Shown: positions 17,314 through 27,946 of the stretch, piece after piece | Numbering within the stretch: the stretch's first letter is position 1 | Layout: every line of letters starts with the position of its first letter | Source of the DNA: Candidatus Micrarchaeota archaeon | GTDB lineage: Archaea; Micrarchaeota; Micrarchaeia; Anstonellales; Bilamarchaeaceae | Assembly: GCA_041694885.1 (NCBI GenBank) | Contig: JBGFRX010000008.1 | Location: 1-61,191 of the forward strand | DNA: 61,191 bases | Direction: 5' to 3' | Position numbers and translations under genes: made by a program | The notes under the pieces: model-generated | Told to the model about the DNA's origin: nothing | The model's input: only the letters and a program-made list of their open reading frames with translations | Database searches by the model: none

Positions 17314-18225
17314 ATGATAAGATTCGGCCCTGCCGGAGTTCCCATTCAGTGCGAAGGAAACAGCACAGTCGGGGGAATAGAATGCTGCAAAGTCCTCGGA
17401 TTAGGCGCGATGGAAATAGAGTTCGTGTATGGAGTGAAGATGAAGGACGAAAGCGCAAGAGAAGCAGGAGAGAAAGCGAAAGAGTTGGACATTTCCATCT
17501 CCTCGCATGCGCCTTATTACGTGAACTTGTGTACTACGGATAAAGTGAAGGCGGAAAACAGCAAAAGGCACATTTTTTTGGCTGCAAAAGCAGCATTTCT
17601 CGCGAACGGGAAAATAACCGTTTTCCATCCTGGCTTTTACCAGAAATCGAATAAAGAAGAAGCGTTTCAGGCAGCGAAAAAGCGGCTTTTGGAAATAAAG
17701 GAGAAGATGGATTCAGAGAAGGTTAAATGCACCCTTGGAATGGAAACAGTGGGAAAGAAGAGCGCATTCGGAGGGTTTGAGGAGAACATGAGGATGGCGC
17801 AGGAACTGGTTTTCGTGAAGCCGGTGCTGGATTTCGCGCACTTGCACGCAAGGGGAGATTTTACAATAAAAGGTGAGGACGATTACAGAAAAATGTTCTC
17901 AATTTTGGACAAGGAGCTGCCGGGCTACACCAAAAACATCCATTGCCACTTTTCTGAGATAAATTATGGTGAAAAAGGGGAGCTGAACCACCTTGCTTTA
18001 GCCACGAACAACGAGCCGCCTTACAAGCCGCTGATGAAGGTACTGGCTGAAAATGGGATCAGGGGGACAATAATATGCGAAAGTCCGAAGCTGGATATCG
18101 ATGCGCTGGTTATGCAAAAAGAATATGAAAAGAATGTGAAGAAGAAAGGCTGGAAAATCCGCTCAAACCAGAGCCAGTCGAAATCGGAATTGAACGAGAC
18201 CATCTTTTTCCTCAGAGGGAACTAA
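17314..18225 (+). CDS. Endonuclease IV / AP endonuclease 2 family TIM-barrel protein
   Basis: MIRFGPAG, MEIEFV, HAPYYVNL, FHPG, ETVGK, DFAHLHAR, HCHFS..GEKGELNH, ICESP. Confidence 0.92.
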   Translation: MIRFGPAGVPIQCEGNSTVGGIECCKVLGLGAMEIEFVYGVKMKDESAREAGEKAKELDISISSHAPYYVNLCTTDKVKAENSKRHIFLAAKAAFLANGKITVFHPGFYQKSNKEEAFQAAKKRLLEIKEKMDSEKVKCTLGMETVGKKSAFGGFEENMRMAQELVFVKPVLDFAHLHARGDFTIKGEDDYRKMFSILDKELPGYTKNIHCHFSEINYGEKGELNHLALATNNEPPYKPLMKVLAENGIRGTIICESPKLDIDALVMQKEYEKNVKKKGWKIRSNQSQSKSELNETIFFLRGN

Positions 18226-18265
18226 AAATCAGGGGATTGACGGCAAAGCAGGTTGACCGGAGAAA

Positions 18266-18469
18266 TCAAGCTGACTTGAATTTGCTCCTGCGAACCATGT
18301 TGCTCCAGCAGTCTTTGCAAATGAAGAGCTTTTTGGTCTTTTCGGACCTTTTCGAACTCTTTGTGCACGACTCGCACACCAGACGGTTGCAATAGTCGCA
18401 CTTTTCCATCTTTGGATTCAGTTTCTTGCACCTTTCGCACGCATAAAGCATATTTATGACCTTAACCAT
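18266..18469 (-). CDS. Small Cys-rich zinc-finger protein
   Basis: Four CxxC pairs (CERC, CDYC, CESC, CKDC) in 67 aa. Confidence 0.75.
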   Translation of the reverse strand: MVKVINMLYACERCKKLNPKMEKCDYCNRLVCESCTKSSKRSEKTKKLFICKDCWSNMVRRSKFKSA

Positions 18470-18507
18470 TTGTTTTGGTTTGTTAGTTGTGCGGAACGGT
18501 TTTTAAC

Positions 18508-21432
18508 CTAATCTTTCTTTGCCCTTAGTTTAACTCGCCTGCCATCAACCTCGAATATTTTCGAGTCCTCGTCCTTCAGGTTCTTGTACAAAACAGACGC
18601 GGCGTTCGTCTCCTTCGCAAGTGCGGAATCAAATTTCTTCACTATTGCTTCTATCTCCTTTTCCGCATCCACTTCGAGCAGGATTTTGTCCTTTTCCACG
18701 AGCGCAAGCTCCTTGCGCAATTGCTGCACCCTTCTTTTCACCTCGTTGTAAACACCTTCCTCGTAAAGCTCCTCATCCAATTTCTTATTCACGAAGACCT
18801 TTCCGCCTTCGAATTCCTCCGGCTCGTATTCGCCTTCGGGTTCGCGTTCCACTATAAGGATTTCCTTTGCATTAAGAAGCCGCCTCACTATTCCAGAGAG
18901 TTCGTTGATGGTATTCTTCACTTCATCCGAAGGTGCCTTCACGCGCACCTCCCTTATTGGCCAGCGCAGCTTTATCCCGCTGCGCTGCCTCGCCTCGAGC
19001 GCATGTGTGACTATTTCCGAAGCAAGCGTCATCCTTTTCTCCAGCGCGGTGTTTATCTCCGCCTCCCTGAACACCTCGAGCCCGAGGAACGCAACGCTCT
19101 CCTCCTTCTCGTGCTTCCTGAAGAACTGCTGGTATGCGTGCTCGCTTATGAACGGCGAAACCACGGAAAACATCTTGAGCAATGCAAGCGTTGAAGAGTA
19201 TATCGCGAAAAAAGCTCCCTCAGCATTCTCGCCTTTTCCTATCCTGTCCTTGGCTATCTTCATGTAGAACCGGCTCAAATCCTCAACAAGGAACCTCCTG
19301 AGTGCCCTTACCCCAAGGTTCGGCACGTACGATTCGAACGCCTTGTGGTATTCCTTGAGTGTGCTGTTCAGCCGCGAAAGCAGCCACTTGTCCTCGATCT
19401 CCAGTTCCGCCTTCTCTATCTTTATTTTGGGATAGAATCTTTCGAGGAAAAGCCCCATGTTGAACAAAATCCCAAGGTCGCCGTTCGCCTCCCTGAGTTC
19501 GTTCCAGTTGAACTTCAGTTCATCCCACGGCATATTGCTTATGCCCCAGAGCCGGAATCCGTCAGCGCCGTATTTCCCTACGATCTCCTCTATGGGGACA
19601 AAATTCCCAAGCGACTTGCTCATCTTCTCCCCTTTCTCGTCCACGAAAAATCCGTGCATCATCAGGCGTTTGTATGGTATTTTGTCGTAGCGCAGCAGCC
19701 CTGAACCCAAAAGGGAATAGAACCAGCCCCTTACCTGGTCCTGTCCTTCCAGAATGAAGTCCGCGCGCTCCCCATATTTTTCCTTTTCCTTCTCACTCGT
19801 GCTCGCCCATACCGCGTTCCCGGAGTCAAACCATACGTCCAATACATCCTTGACTCTTTCCATTTTCCCTCCGCATTTGCATTCGAAAATAATCTCGTCC
19901 ACATACGGCCGGTGGAGCTCCTTAAAGCCATTACGCTGCTTCTTTCCAGCTTCATTCACTGCTTTCCGGTTTCCAGCAGTAGATGTTTCGACCATGTCCT
20001 CGGCATTCGCCGGGGAAAACAGATCCTCCTTTGAGCCAATTACCTTTATTTCCGCGCACTTCGCACACTTCCATATAGGAAGCGGGATGCCCCAGTACCT
20101 TTGCCTGCTTATGCACCAGTCAGGCGCCTGGGAAACGAATTCCCTGAACCTTTCCTTTGCGAATTCCGGGTGCCACTCCACGGTCTCTATCTCAGAAAGC
20201 ATCTTTTCCTTCAATTTAGAAACAGAAATGAACCACTGATCAGTTGCGCGGAATATCAAAGGGGTTTTGCACCTCCAGCAGTGCGGGTAGCGGTGCTTTA
20301 TCCGCTCCTCATGCACCAGCATCCCCCTTTCCCTGAGCAGCGCGATTATGTCCTTGTTCGCTGCGCGCACGTTCTTCCCTTCCAGTTCGCCTGCTTCCGA
20401 AGTGTAAACTCCTGCTTCGTCCACAGGGTTGAAGACCTCAAGTTCGTTTTTCTTTCCCACGAGAAAATCTTCCTGTCCATGGCCCGGAGCGCAGTGCACT
20501 ATTCCGGTTCCGTTCTCCAATGAAACATATTCGTCGCTCAGTACTACCTTCCTTTCCGCCTTCTTTTTCACCAAGTCCTGAAAAGGGTGCTCATAGTGCA
20601 CCCCATCCATTTTCTTCCCTGAAAATTCCTCGAGTATTGCAGCGCTTTTCCCCACGAGCGCGAGCACATGGTCCAGCCGCTCCTTCGCAGTTATCCATAC
20701 GTCATCGTCGATCTTCGCCTTAACATAGGAGAACTTCGGGTTGACCATCGCAGCCATGTTAGCAGCGAGCGTCCACGGAGTGGTAGTCCAAATAACAAAA
20801 TACTCGTTTTCTTTCCCCTTCACCCTGAATTTCACATATATGCTCGGGTCCGTCTCTTCCCCGTACTCGAGCTCATAATTCGCCATGGTGGTTTCGCACC
20901 TGTAGCAGCAGGGGAGCACGTAGATGCCTTCGTGCATGAGCCCTTTTTCGTGCGCCATCCTGATGGTCTTCCAACTCGCTTCTATGTAATCGTCTTTATA
21001 GGTTATGTAAGGCGTCTCCCAATCCATCCACACTCCCAGTTGCTTGAACTGGCCGGTCATGATTTCCATATATCGATCTGCGAACGCCTTGCATTTTTCC
21101 ACGAATTCCCCTATTCCTTTCTCCTCGATCTCCTGCTTCTTTTTTATCCCGAGCTCCTGCTCCACCTTCACCTCTATGGGAAGCCCGTGCGTATCGTATC
21201 CAGGCTGGCAGCGCACGTCGAACCCACGCATGCGCCAATACCTGCACACTACGTCCTTGAGCGTCTTGTTCCATGCGGTTCCAGGATGGATGTGTCCTGT
21301 TGCATAAGGGGGCCCGTCGCAAAAGTAATACGGTTCGTTCTTCGCGTTCCTCTCCTTTGCCTTCTCGTATATCCTGTGCTTTTCGAAGAATTCGAGCATC
21401 TCCTTCTCTATCTTCCTGTGATCGTATATCAT
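18508..21432 (-). CDS. ileS: Isoleucyl-tRNA synthetase
   Basis: DGPPYATG.IH.G, GYDTHGLPIE, WTTTPWTL, GTGIVHCAPGHG, WCISRQRYWG, EGQDQVRGWF, KMSKS. Confidence 0.97.
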   Translation of the reverse strand: MIYDHRKIEKEMLEFFEKHRIYEKAKERNAKNEPYYFCDGPPYATGHIHPGTAWNKTLKDVVCRYWRMRGFDVRCQPGYDTHGLPIEVKVEQELGIKKKQEIEEKGIGEFVEKCKAFADRYMEIMTGQFKQLGVWMDWETPYITYKDDYIEASWKTIRMAHEKGLMHEGIYVLPCCYRCETTMANYELEYGEETDPSIYVKFRVKGKENEYFVIWTTTPWTLAANMAAMVNPKFSYVKAKIDDDVWITAKERLDHVLALVGKSAAILEEFSGKKMDGVHYEHPFQDLVKKKAERKVVLSDEYVSLENGTGIVHCAPGHGQEDFLVGKKNELEVFNPVDEAGVYTSEAGELEGKNVRAANKDIIALLRERGMLVHEERIKHRYPHCWRCKTPLIFRATDQWFISVSKLKEKMLSEIETVEWHPEFAKERFREFVSQAPDWCISRQRYWGIPLPIWKCAKCAEIKVIGSKEDLFSPANAEDMVETSTAGNRKAVNEAGKKQRNGFKELHRPYVDEIIFECKCGGKMERVKDVLDVWFDSGNAVWASTSEKEKEKYGERADFILEGQDQVRGWFYSLLGSGLLRYDKIPYKRLMMHGFFVDEKGEKMSKSLGNFVPIEEIVGKYGADGFRLWGISNMPWDELKFNWNELREANGDLGILFNMGLFLERFYPKIKIEKAELEIEDKWLLSRLNSTLKEYHKAFESYVPNLGVRALRRFLVEDLSRFYMKIAKDRIGKGENAEGAFFAIYSSTLALLKMFSVVSPFISEHAYQQFFRKHEKEESVAFLGLEVFREAEINTALEKRMTLASEIVTHALEARQRSGIKLRWPIREVRVKAPSDEVKNTINELSGIVRRLLNAKEILIVEREPEGEYEPEEFEGGKVFVNKKLDEELYEEGVYNEVKRRVQQLRKELALVEKDKILLEVDAEKEIEAIVKKFDSALAKETNAASVLYKNLKDEDSKIFEVDGRRVKLRAKKD

Positions 21433-21449
21433 GCCTGCACCTGACTTGT

Positions 21450-21782
21450 TTATTTTTTCGCTGCCTCAGTTCCTACTGTTCCCTTGTTTTTGGACAGCGC
21501 CTTCCTTATCCCGAGCAGAATGAACGGAAGCAGCATCATGAGCAACGCAGCTGCGAAGATCCCGGTTGCGAAGAGGAGCGTCTTTCCGAAATACACCGCG
21601 AACGCGAAAGCAAGAAACACTGCACCTGCTGCATGCACCCCTCCCATCTTTTCAGCGAATGCAGTTCCGGCTAATGAAAGGAAAAAAAGGAAAAACGCTC
21701 CGTTCCCGAAGCCAGTGAAGAAAAGCCCGAGCGCCACTGTTGCTGACCAGAACAAAACGTAAAGCAGTTCCTTTCCTTCCAT
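21450..21782 (-). CDS. Hypothetical membrane protein
   Basis: 110 aa, about 3-4 hydrophobic segments, co-oriented between kaiC-like and ileS. Confidence 0.7.
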   Translation of the reverse strand: MEGKELLYVLFWSATVALGLFFTGFGNGAFFLFFLSLAGTAFAEKMGGVHAAGAVFLAFAFAVYFGKTLLFATGIFAAALLMMLLPFILLGIRKALSKNKGTVGTEAAKK

Positions 21783-21791
21783 CGCAAGTCC

Positions 21792-22487
21792 TCAGAAAAC
21801 CTTCTCTCCTGCGTACACCTTTATGCCATCTGGCAGCACCTTGAACGGCACGAGCTCGCGCGAATGGTCGGTTCCGCGCATCTTGAAAATCTCGAGCGTC
21901 CTTATGCGCCGGTCGCCCTGTTCGTGGTTGTAGAGGTTGATTATCCCGTCCATCACATAATGCTCTATGTCGAAAGTCAATTGCTCCTTCCTGGCATGGC
22001 TGGCTTCCAGCGTCATCATCACAGTGCAGTCCAGATTCCTGAGCAGGGAGAAGAACTCGAACAGCGTCTGCCTGTACTCGAGCTCGTTCGCGAACGAGAG
22101 CTTTATCATGGTCGCAGAATCAATCACTACTCTTGCAACGTCGTGGTCCGAAATCTCATCTTCAATCACTTCGGCAATCTCCTCGAGCTCGAGTTTGTCC
22201 GGCTTGGTTATGAGCAGTTTTTTCGCCTTGAGCATTTGCGCCATGTCCGAGAACTGGGAAAACGTGCTTTCCATGTTCTCCTTCATTTCGTCCTCGGTCT
22301 CCTCAAGAGTCACGTAGAGCCCGTTCTCGCCCTGCTGCGCGCCCCTGTAGAGGAACTCGAACCCGAGCGAGGACTTCCCAGTTCCAGGTCCGCCATATAT
22401 CGCTATGTGTTTGTTCTTCGGCATTCCGCCGTTCAGCATCTGGTCCAGCCCGGCTATTCCACTCTTTATCCGCCGTATTGCCATCAT
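21792..22487 (-). CDS. KaiC/RAD55-family RecA-superfamily ATPase
   Basis: RIKSGIAGLD, GGPGTGKS, YVTLEE, VVIDS, DGIINL, IFKMRGT.HS. Confidence 0.93.
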   Translation of the reverse strand: MMAIRRIKSGIAGLDQMLNGGMPKNKHIAIYGGPGTGKSSLGFEFLYRGAQQGENGLYVTLEETEDEMKENMESTFSQFSDMAQMLKAKKLLITKPDKLELEEIAEVIEDEISDHDVARVVIDSATMIKLSFANELEYRQTLFEFFSLLRNLDCTVMMTLEASHARKEQLTFDIEHYVMDGIINLYNHEQGDRRIRTLEIFKMRGTDHSRELVPFKVLPDGIKVYAGEKVF

Positions 22488-22633
22488 ATTCACCGCTTTC
22501 CCTAAAATTATCCTCGTAAGAGTTTATTTATCCTCGTGAACTTATTTAAACCTGCTTTCCCCATTCGCACCAAACAGCAGGAGTAGCATACCTTTAAATA
22601 TGTGTTCGTTTAAGTATAAACAGGTGATTAAAT

Positions 22634-22900
22634 ATGAAAACAATCGCGACTGAGCATATCAAAGGGCATATAACCGCAATAAAGCGCGGCAACCCGATCA
22701 AAGAAGCCGGTTCAGGTTTATGCGTATTGAGCAAAGACCAGTTTGCAAAGATTACCGGAATGAAAAATCTTACCATGTACAAGAACAAGGGTGAGAGCAT
22801 CTTCGTAGCCGGTCCGGAAGTGAAGGTGCCCAATACGGATACCCCATATGAGATCGTCTATTTCATAGAAAAAGACAGAAAGAAAGGCAACGAACAGTAA
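22634..22900 (+). CDS. Hypothetical protein
   Basis: 88-aa ORF with a GGTGA SD, filling a gap between genes. Confidence 0.65.
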   Translation: MKTIATEHIKGHITAIKRGNPIKEAGSGLCVLSKDQFAKITGMKNLTMYKNKGESIFVAGPEVKVPNTDTPYEIVYFIEKDRKKGNEQ

Positions 22901-22932
22901 CCTATTTATTCCGATTTTTTTCTAATCTTTTC

Positions 22933-23301
22933 ATGAAAACCACATCAAGCAAAGCACAAATTCTGGACAAGCTGCGCGAGATAATAGACCCGGAACTGGG
23001 GATAAACATTGTGGATTTGGGGCTCATTTACGAGGTTAAAATAGAAAAGGTGGCGCAGGAAAAAAAGGTTCCCGGTTTATGGTCGCGGGTTTTGAAAACT
23101 GCAGGAGTAAAGCATGTGGAGATAAAGATGACCCTGACTTCCATTGGCTGCCCGCTCGCCGGGTTTTTCGCGATGCAGGTCGAGGAGAAGATAAAGGAAA
23201 TGAAAGGAGTGAAGGACGTGCACGTTCATATAATCTGGGATCCTCCCTGGACTCCGGAGAGAATGAGCGAAAAAGCGCGGAAAACATTAGGCATGGCTTA
23301 A
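22933..23301 (+). CDS. DUF59/SufT metal-sulfur cluster biosynthesis protein
   Basis: LREIIDPELGINIVDLGLIY, MTLTSIGCP, WDPPWTPERMS. Confidence 0.93.
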   Translation: MKTTSSKAQILDKLREIIDPELGINIVDLGLIYEVKIEKVAQEKKVPGLWSRVLKTAGVKHVEIKMTLTSIGCPLAGFFAMQVEEKIKEMKGVKDVHVHIIWDPPWTPERMSEKARKTLGMA

Positions 23302-23807
23302 GGCCTCATAAAAGACCAAACCATTGATCCGTTGCCGATGTCAGTAAATTTTTTTACTTTCCTCATCTCCTGCTCCAACATAGCAAGGAACCGGAGCGAG
23401 GGATGGGCAACAGAACTTATCTCGTCCAGAATTTTCAGAGCCGTATGATTTATCCTTTTGACCTTTTTGAGCGTGAATGCGTCGCTATCGCACTTATTAG
23501 CGATGCTCACGATCACCCCAATGTTCTCAAGCAAACGCGAGCGACTCAGGCGCCTGCTTTTTCTGATCGGATCCACAATGTACGATGAGCTGATGCTGAC
23601 ACTGCACGTTTTGAGCTGGCGTTTGAACATGGAAATCGTGCGCTCTTTTTCTATTTCAGAAATCTCAATTTCTGGCATGCCAATCTTGCCCTTGAATCTA
23701 GGGAGAGTTTGGGAAAGTCGATTGCCCGAGCGAGCAGATGGGTAGCACGTCTTGGCCTGCATAAATTTTATGGAATACTCGCGGGATTTGTGGGGATATA
23801 GTGCCAT
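23298..23807 (-). CDS. Hypothetical protein
   Basis: 169-aa ORF filling the gap; start uncertain; no recognised motif. Confidence 0.5.
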   Translation of the reverse strand: MALYPHKSREYSIKFMQAKTCYPSARSGNRLSQTLPRFKGKIGMPEIEISEIEKERTISMFKRQLKTCSVSISSSYIVDPIRKSRRLSRSRLLENIGVIVSIANKCDSDAFTLKKVKRINHTALKILDEISSVAHPSLRFLAMLEQEMRKVKKFTDIGNGSMVWSFMRP

Positions 23808-23926
23808 ATTGCTGTAATATCCATAACCTTTTTAAAATAAACACATAGACTCAAAATTCCGAACGGAATAATTTTTACACCGGTTATTTTAAACGCTTTC
23901 TGCGGAGCGGGTATGGGGTTGATTAC

Positions 23927-25081
23927 ATGGCGAAAAGATACATCACATCAGAATCCGTAACCGAAGGCCATCCGGACAAGATTTGCGACCAGGTCAGCGA
24001 CGCGATTTTGGACGAACTTCTCAGGCAGGATGCAAACTCTCGCGTTGCAGTGGAGACGATGACCACGACAGGAGTTATGATATGTGCAGGCGAAGTCACC
24101 ACCAAGGGTTATGCGGATGTGCAGAAAATCGCGCGGAACACTTTGAAGGAAATCGGCTATACAGACCCGGAATACGGGATCGACTGGCAGGATGCAGCTG
24201 TGCTTGTTTCCATACACGAGCAAAGCCCGGACATAGCGATGGGTGTGGACGAAGAGAAAGGAAAAGAGCAGGGTGCAGGCGACCAGGGGATGATGTACGG
24301 ATACGCGTGCACCGAGACACCCGAACTCATGCCCCTCCCAATAGTCCTTGCGCACAAATTGACGATGAAACTTGCAGAGGTGAGAAAAAACGGAACGCTC
24401 CCTTATTTGGGTCCGGACGGCAAATCGCAGATCTCTGTGGAATACGAGAACGGGAAGCCGCTCAGGGCAAGCGATATCGTGATTGCTGCTCAGCACAGGG
24501 AAAAAGTCGGCGAGGAAACAGTGAGGAAGGACGTGCTTGAGCAAGTGATAAAGCCGGTGTGCAGGAAATGGTTCGATTCGGAAACAATGGTGCACATAAA
24601 CGCCACCGGAAAATTCGTAATCGGAGGTCCGCAGGGCGACACAGGAGTTACTGGGAGGAAGATAATGGTAGACACCTATGGAGGCGTGGGAAGGCATGGG
24701 GGAGGCGCTTTTTCCGGAAAAGACGCGAGCAAAGTTGACAGGAGCGGCGCCTATGCGGTGCGCTGGGTCGCCAAAAACATAGTCGCAGCAGGGCTTGCCG
24801 AGAAGTGCGAGGTCGAGGTTTCATATTGCATAGGCATTGCACAGCCCACTTCGATAAACGTGGATACATTTGGAACAGGAAAAATCCCAGACGAGAAAAT
24901 AGCGGAAATAGTGAAAAAGAATTTCAAATTAACTCCGAAATGGATAATAAATGCACTGAAACTCAAAAGACCCATTTACAAAAAAACTGCTGCTTACGGC
25001 CATTTCGGAAGGGACGACCCGGACTTCACATGGGAAAGAACAGATATGGCCACTTTGCTGAAAAAGGAGGCAAACGAATAA
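23927..25081 (+). CDS. metK: S-adenosylmethionine synthetase, bacterial/eukaryotic type
   Basis: [66 protein letters not shown]. Confidence 0.97.
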   Translation: MAKRYITSESVTEGHPDKICDQVSDAILDELLRQDANSRVAVETMTTTGVMICAGEVTTKGYADVQKIARNTLKEIGYTDPEYGIDWQDAAVLVSIHEQSPDIAMGVDEEKGKEQGAGDQGMMYGYACTETPELMPLPIVLAHKLTMKLAEVRKNGTLPYLGPDGKSQISVEYENGKPLRASDIVIAAQHREKVGEETVRKDVLEQVIKPVCRKWFDSETMVHINATGKFVIGGPQGDTGVTGRKIMVDTYGGVGRHGGGAFSGKDASKVDRSGAYAVRWVAKNIVAAGLAEKCEVEVSYCIGIAQPTSINVDTFGTGKIPDEKIAEIVKKNFKLTPKWIINALKLKRPIYKKTAAYGHFGRDDPDFTWERTDMATLLKKEANE

Positions 25082-25139
25082 TTTATGATTTTGCGTATGC
25101 TATTTTGGTATTACCACATTTGACAACATAGTTAGGGCA

Positions 25140-25790
25140 TTACACATCCGAAAACAATGCAGGATAGTCGCTCCTGAATTTCCTCAGAATCATTTCCGCA
25201 ACCTCCCTTATTTGCGGATGCGCCTTTATCTCTGTCCTCAATTTGAAGAAATGCCTCCACTCCCGGATATTCATGGTGATGCATATTTCCGTCTTGAGGG
25301 AATTCGGCAGCACTGCTCTCGCTTCTTCCGCTTTCCAGCCCTTTCTTATCATTTCCTTGTAGGTTGCTGCTGCCGTTTCCATGCTTTTCTTCCACCATAA
25401 GTAATTTTCAGAGTCCTTTTGGAGGAAATTCGGCTTCACTACCCACACCTTGCTTTTGAACTTCTCGGTCGCGTAATTGCAGTACCGCGTTGATTCCTGA
25501 GTGTAGGACGCAATGCGGTGCCTCACGATTTCGTGCGAAACTCCACGATCGCAGACAACCTTCACAGTTATGGAGCCGTGCTCGACCACGCTTTCGTGCC
25601 CAAGCTGGATTATTTTTTTTACAAATGCCTCTGCAGAGCCCTCTCTTATGTTTCCTTCTGCCTTGTAAGCGGTTTTGCCGCACAACTCTATCTTCTTCAG
25701 AAGTTCCTCGTAAGCAGGAGGGAAAACAAGCTCTATAGAAGACCTTACAATGACAAGATTGTCCGTTTCTTCCGCAATTTTGCATTCCAT
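25140..25790 (-). CDS. thyX: FAD-dependent thymidylate synthase
   Basis: GHESVVEH, SHEIVRHRIASYTQESTRY (RHR-x7-S motif), ARAVLP, REWRHF. Confidence 0.95.
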   Translation of the reverse strand: MECKIAEETDNLVIVRSSIELVFPPAYEELLKKIELCGKTAYKAEGNIREGSAEAFVKKIIQLGHESVVEHGSITVKVVCDRGVSHEIVRHRIASYTQESTRYCNYATEKFKSKVWVVKPNFLQKDSENYLWWKKSMETAAATYKEMIRKGWKAEEARAVLPNSLKTEICITMNIREWRHFFKLRTEIKAHPQIREVAEMILRKFRSDYPALFSDV

Positions 25791-25853
25791 AAAAAGCACA
25801 AGAAGAAAATTGCGAGAAAAAAATTAAAAATGAATCGGGGAGAAGAACACAGT

Positions 25854-27023
25854 ATGCTTGAATTGTGCAACTTCTGCAAAAAAAGGAGCAATCCGGAATT
25901 TCTTGTCTGCGAAAATGAAAGATGCTTCATCTGCAGGGGCGCATCCGCAAGACTTGAAAAAATGATTGAGGAAGCGGCTGCGAAAATGCCCAAACAGTGG
26001 AAATCGTTCGCAATAAGCACCGAAATTCCGCGCGAAATTCCGGCTCGCGAAGAGATGGTTTGGGACTATGGATTGGGCGAGTCAGTGAAGAACGCTTTCA
26101 ACAAAAGAGCCGTGAATGCCCTCGTGGAAAAAACAGGGATGGATTACGACGTTATAAAAGGCGATGGAAAGGTGATTTTTGACTTTGCTAAAAATGAAGT
26201 GAGGGTTGAAAACGCGGACCTGTTCATTTTCGGGAGATACAAAAAATTCCGCACGGATTTGGCGCAGACGAAATGGACATGCAAAAAATGCGATGGAAAA
26301 GGTTGCGAGGAATGCGATTTCGAAGGAGTGAAATACCAATCAGTGGAGGCGATAATCGGGAAATGCGCGAAGGAAATTTACCGTGCGAAGGACGCCGAGC
26401 TGCACTCTTCAGGAAGGGAGGATGTGGATGCGCTCAACTTAGCCGGCAGACCGTTCATTTTGGAACTGAGGAAACCGGCAAAAGGGAAAATGGATTTGAA
26501 ATTGCTCGGGGAAAAGGTGAACGGGACGAATGAGGGCGTGGAAATAAGCGATTTGAAATACGTTTCGAATTCCGAAGTTGCTTTAATTTCTGATTCGCAT
26601 TTCGATAAGGCGTACGAGGCAGACATCGAAGTGGAAAGCGGGATGCAAAACACCGAACCGGAAGCGTCAGAGCACGTGCCGGAAAACCCTCTGCCGCTTT
26701 CACTTGAAATCGCGATAAACAAACTTCGGGGCGCTGTGCTCCATCAGCGCACCCCTCACAGGGTGAAGCACAGGAGGAGCGACATTGTGAGGAAAAGGAA
26801 AATTCTGGATTTGAAAATTGTTCAGGGTGAGGAGAGAGCTGAAATGCGGAATGCGAAACTGTACATTTTAGCAGAAGCAGGAACGTACATAAAAGAATTC
26901 ATAAGCGGAGACGAGGGAAGAACCAGACCAAGCGTTTCGGAAGTTCTGGGAAGAAAAGCAAAGTGTATAAAGCTCTCCGTTGTTGAAATACACGACGACT
27001 TCCTTATGGATATGTTAAGATAG
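25854..27023 (+). CDS. pus10: tRNA pseudouridine(54/55) synthase Pus10
   Basis: GRYKK..TDLAQT.W, HSSGREDVDA, GRPFILE, QRTPHRV.HRRSD, AGTYIKEFISGDEGRT.PS. Confidence 0.95.
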   Translation: MLELCNFCKKRSNPEFLVCENERCFICRGASARLEKMIEEAAAKMPKQWKSFAISTEIPREIPAREEMVWDYGLGESVKNAFNKRAVNALVEKTGMDYDVIKGDGKVIFDFAKNEVRVENADLFIFGRYKKFRTDLAQTKWTCKKCDGKGCEECDFEGVKYQSVEAIIGKCAKEIYRAKDAELHSSGREDVDALNLAGRPFILELRKPAKGKMDLKLLGEKVNGTNEGVEISDLKYVSNSEVALISDSHFDKAYEADIEVESGMQNTEPEASEHVPENPLPLSLEIAINKLRGAVLHQRTPHRVKHRRSDIVRKRKILDLKIVQGEERAEMRNAKLYILAEAGTYIKEFISGDEGRTRPSVSEVLGRKAKCIKLSVVEIHDDFLMDMLR

Positions 27024-27051
27024 GGCAGCAAAGACAATGAAAGGATAAACG

Positions 27052-27906
27052 ATGTTCGAGAATTTCCTTCTGGAAAGGCCTGCCATTGCAGGCGAGGCAG
27101 TACGCATTGCAGTTGCGATAATAGGTACTGCAATAGCCTCGTGGTACGATGTGAGGAACAATAGAAACGTGCCCAACAATCTTCTTTATGCGTTCCTCGG
27201 GCTGGCGTTCCTCTCAAACATAATATTCTACCAGGAAAACATAACAGTATACTCACTTTCCGTAGCAGCAATCGTATTCGCATTAGGCTATTTATTTTAC
27301 AAAGTTGGATACATAGGGGGTGCTGATGTGTATGTGCTCGCCTCAATTGCACTGCTCATTCCAGCAGTCCCATCGTACATCCCAACGCTGCTCAATTTCC
27401 CACCAGTGCTTTCAGTAATAATCACCTCAGGCGTCTTCTTTGCATTGTATTTCCTCTGGTTCATAATAACCACGATAGCTCTCAAGAACATAAAAGGAAA
27501 GTTCGAGTACCTCCTTCTGATTCCCATATATGCAGTACTTCTGTATTTCCTCCTATCGAGCGGTGTCTTCGGATTCGCATACATAATCGCGGTGAGCACC
27601 CTCCTTCTCGCCTCGATAATTTTCATGGTTTACAAAGAGAAGGTCGTTGCAGCGATGGCGCGCAAAGTACCGCTCTCAAAAGTGGACGAGGAGGATGTTG
27701 CTGTGCCCGAACTAATGCCCGCACTCGCGAAAAAATACAAAATAAAACGGCTGCTCGAAGAAAACGAGCTCAAGCGGCTCAAAAAGGAAGGAGTGAAGGA
27801 GATTTACGTTTACAAAGAGCTCCCTCCATTCCTTCCATTCGTGCTCGCAGGGCTGCTGATAACCGTCGTAGTAGGAGACATCCTCACCTATTCGCTGCGG
27901 ATGTAG
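27052..27906 (+). CDS. A24-family prepilin/preflagellin peptidase
   Basis: ASWYDVR (first Asp), IGGADV (second Asp), C-terminal PFLPFV; multiple TMs. Confidence 0.88.
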   Translation: MFENFLLERPAIAGEAVRIAVAIIGTAIASWYDVRNNRNVPNNLLYAFLGLAFLSNIIFYQENITVYSLSVAAIVFALGYLFYKVGYIGGADVYVLASIALLIPAVPSYIPTLLNFPPVLSVIITSGVFFALYFLWFIITTIALKNIKGKFEYLLLIPIYAVLLYFLLSSGVFGFAYIIAVSTLLLASIIFMVYKEKVVAAMARKVPLSKVDEEDVAVPELMPALAKKYKIKRLLEENELKRLKKEGVKEIYVYKELPPFLPFVLAGLLITVVVGDILTYSLRM

Positions 27907-27946
27907 GAAACGGGACGTTGGGATCATATGGTAATGGGGCGATAGA

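Noticed and set aside
25518-25853. N-terminal extension of the 501-aa Pus10 ORF
   Set aside because: Overlaps thyX on the opposite strand; the real start is probably ATG 25854.
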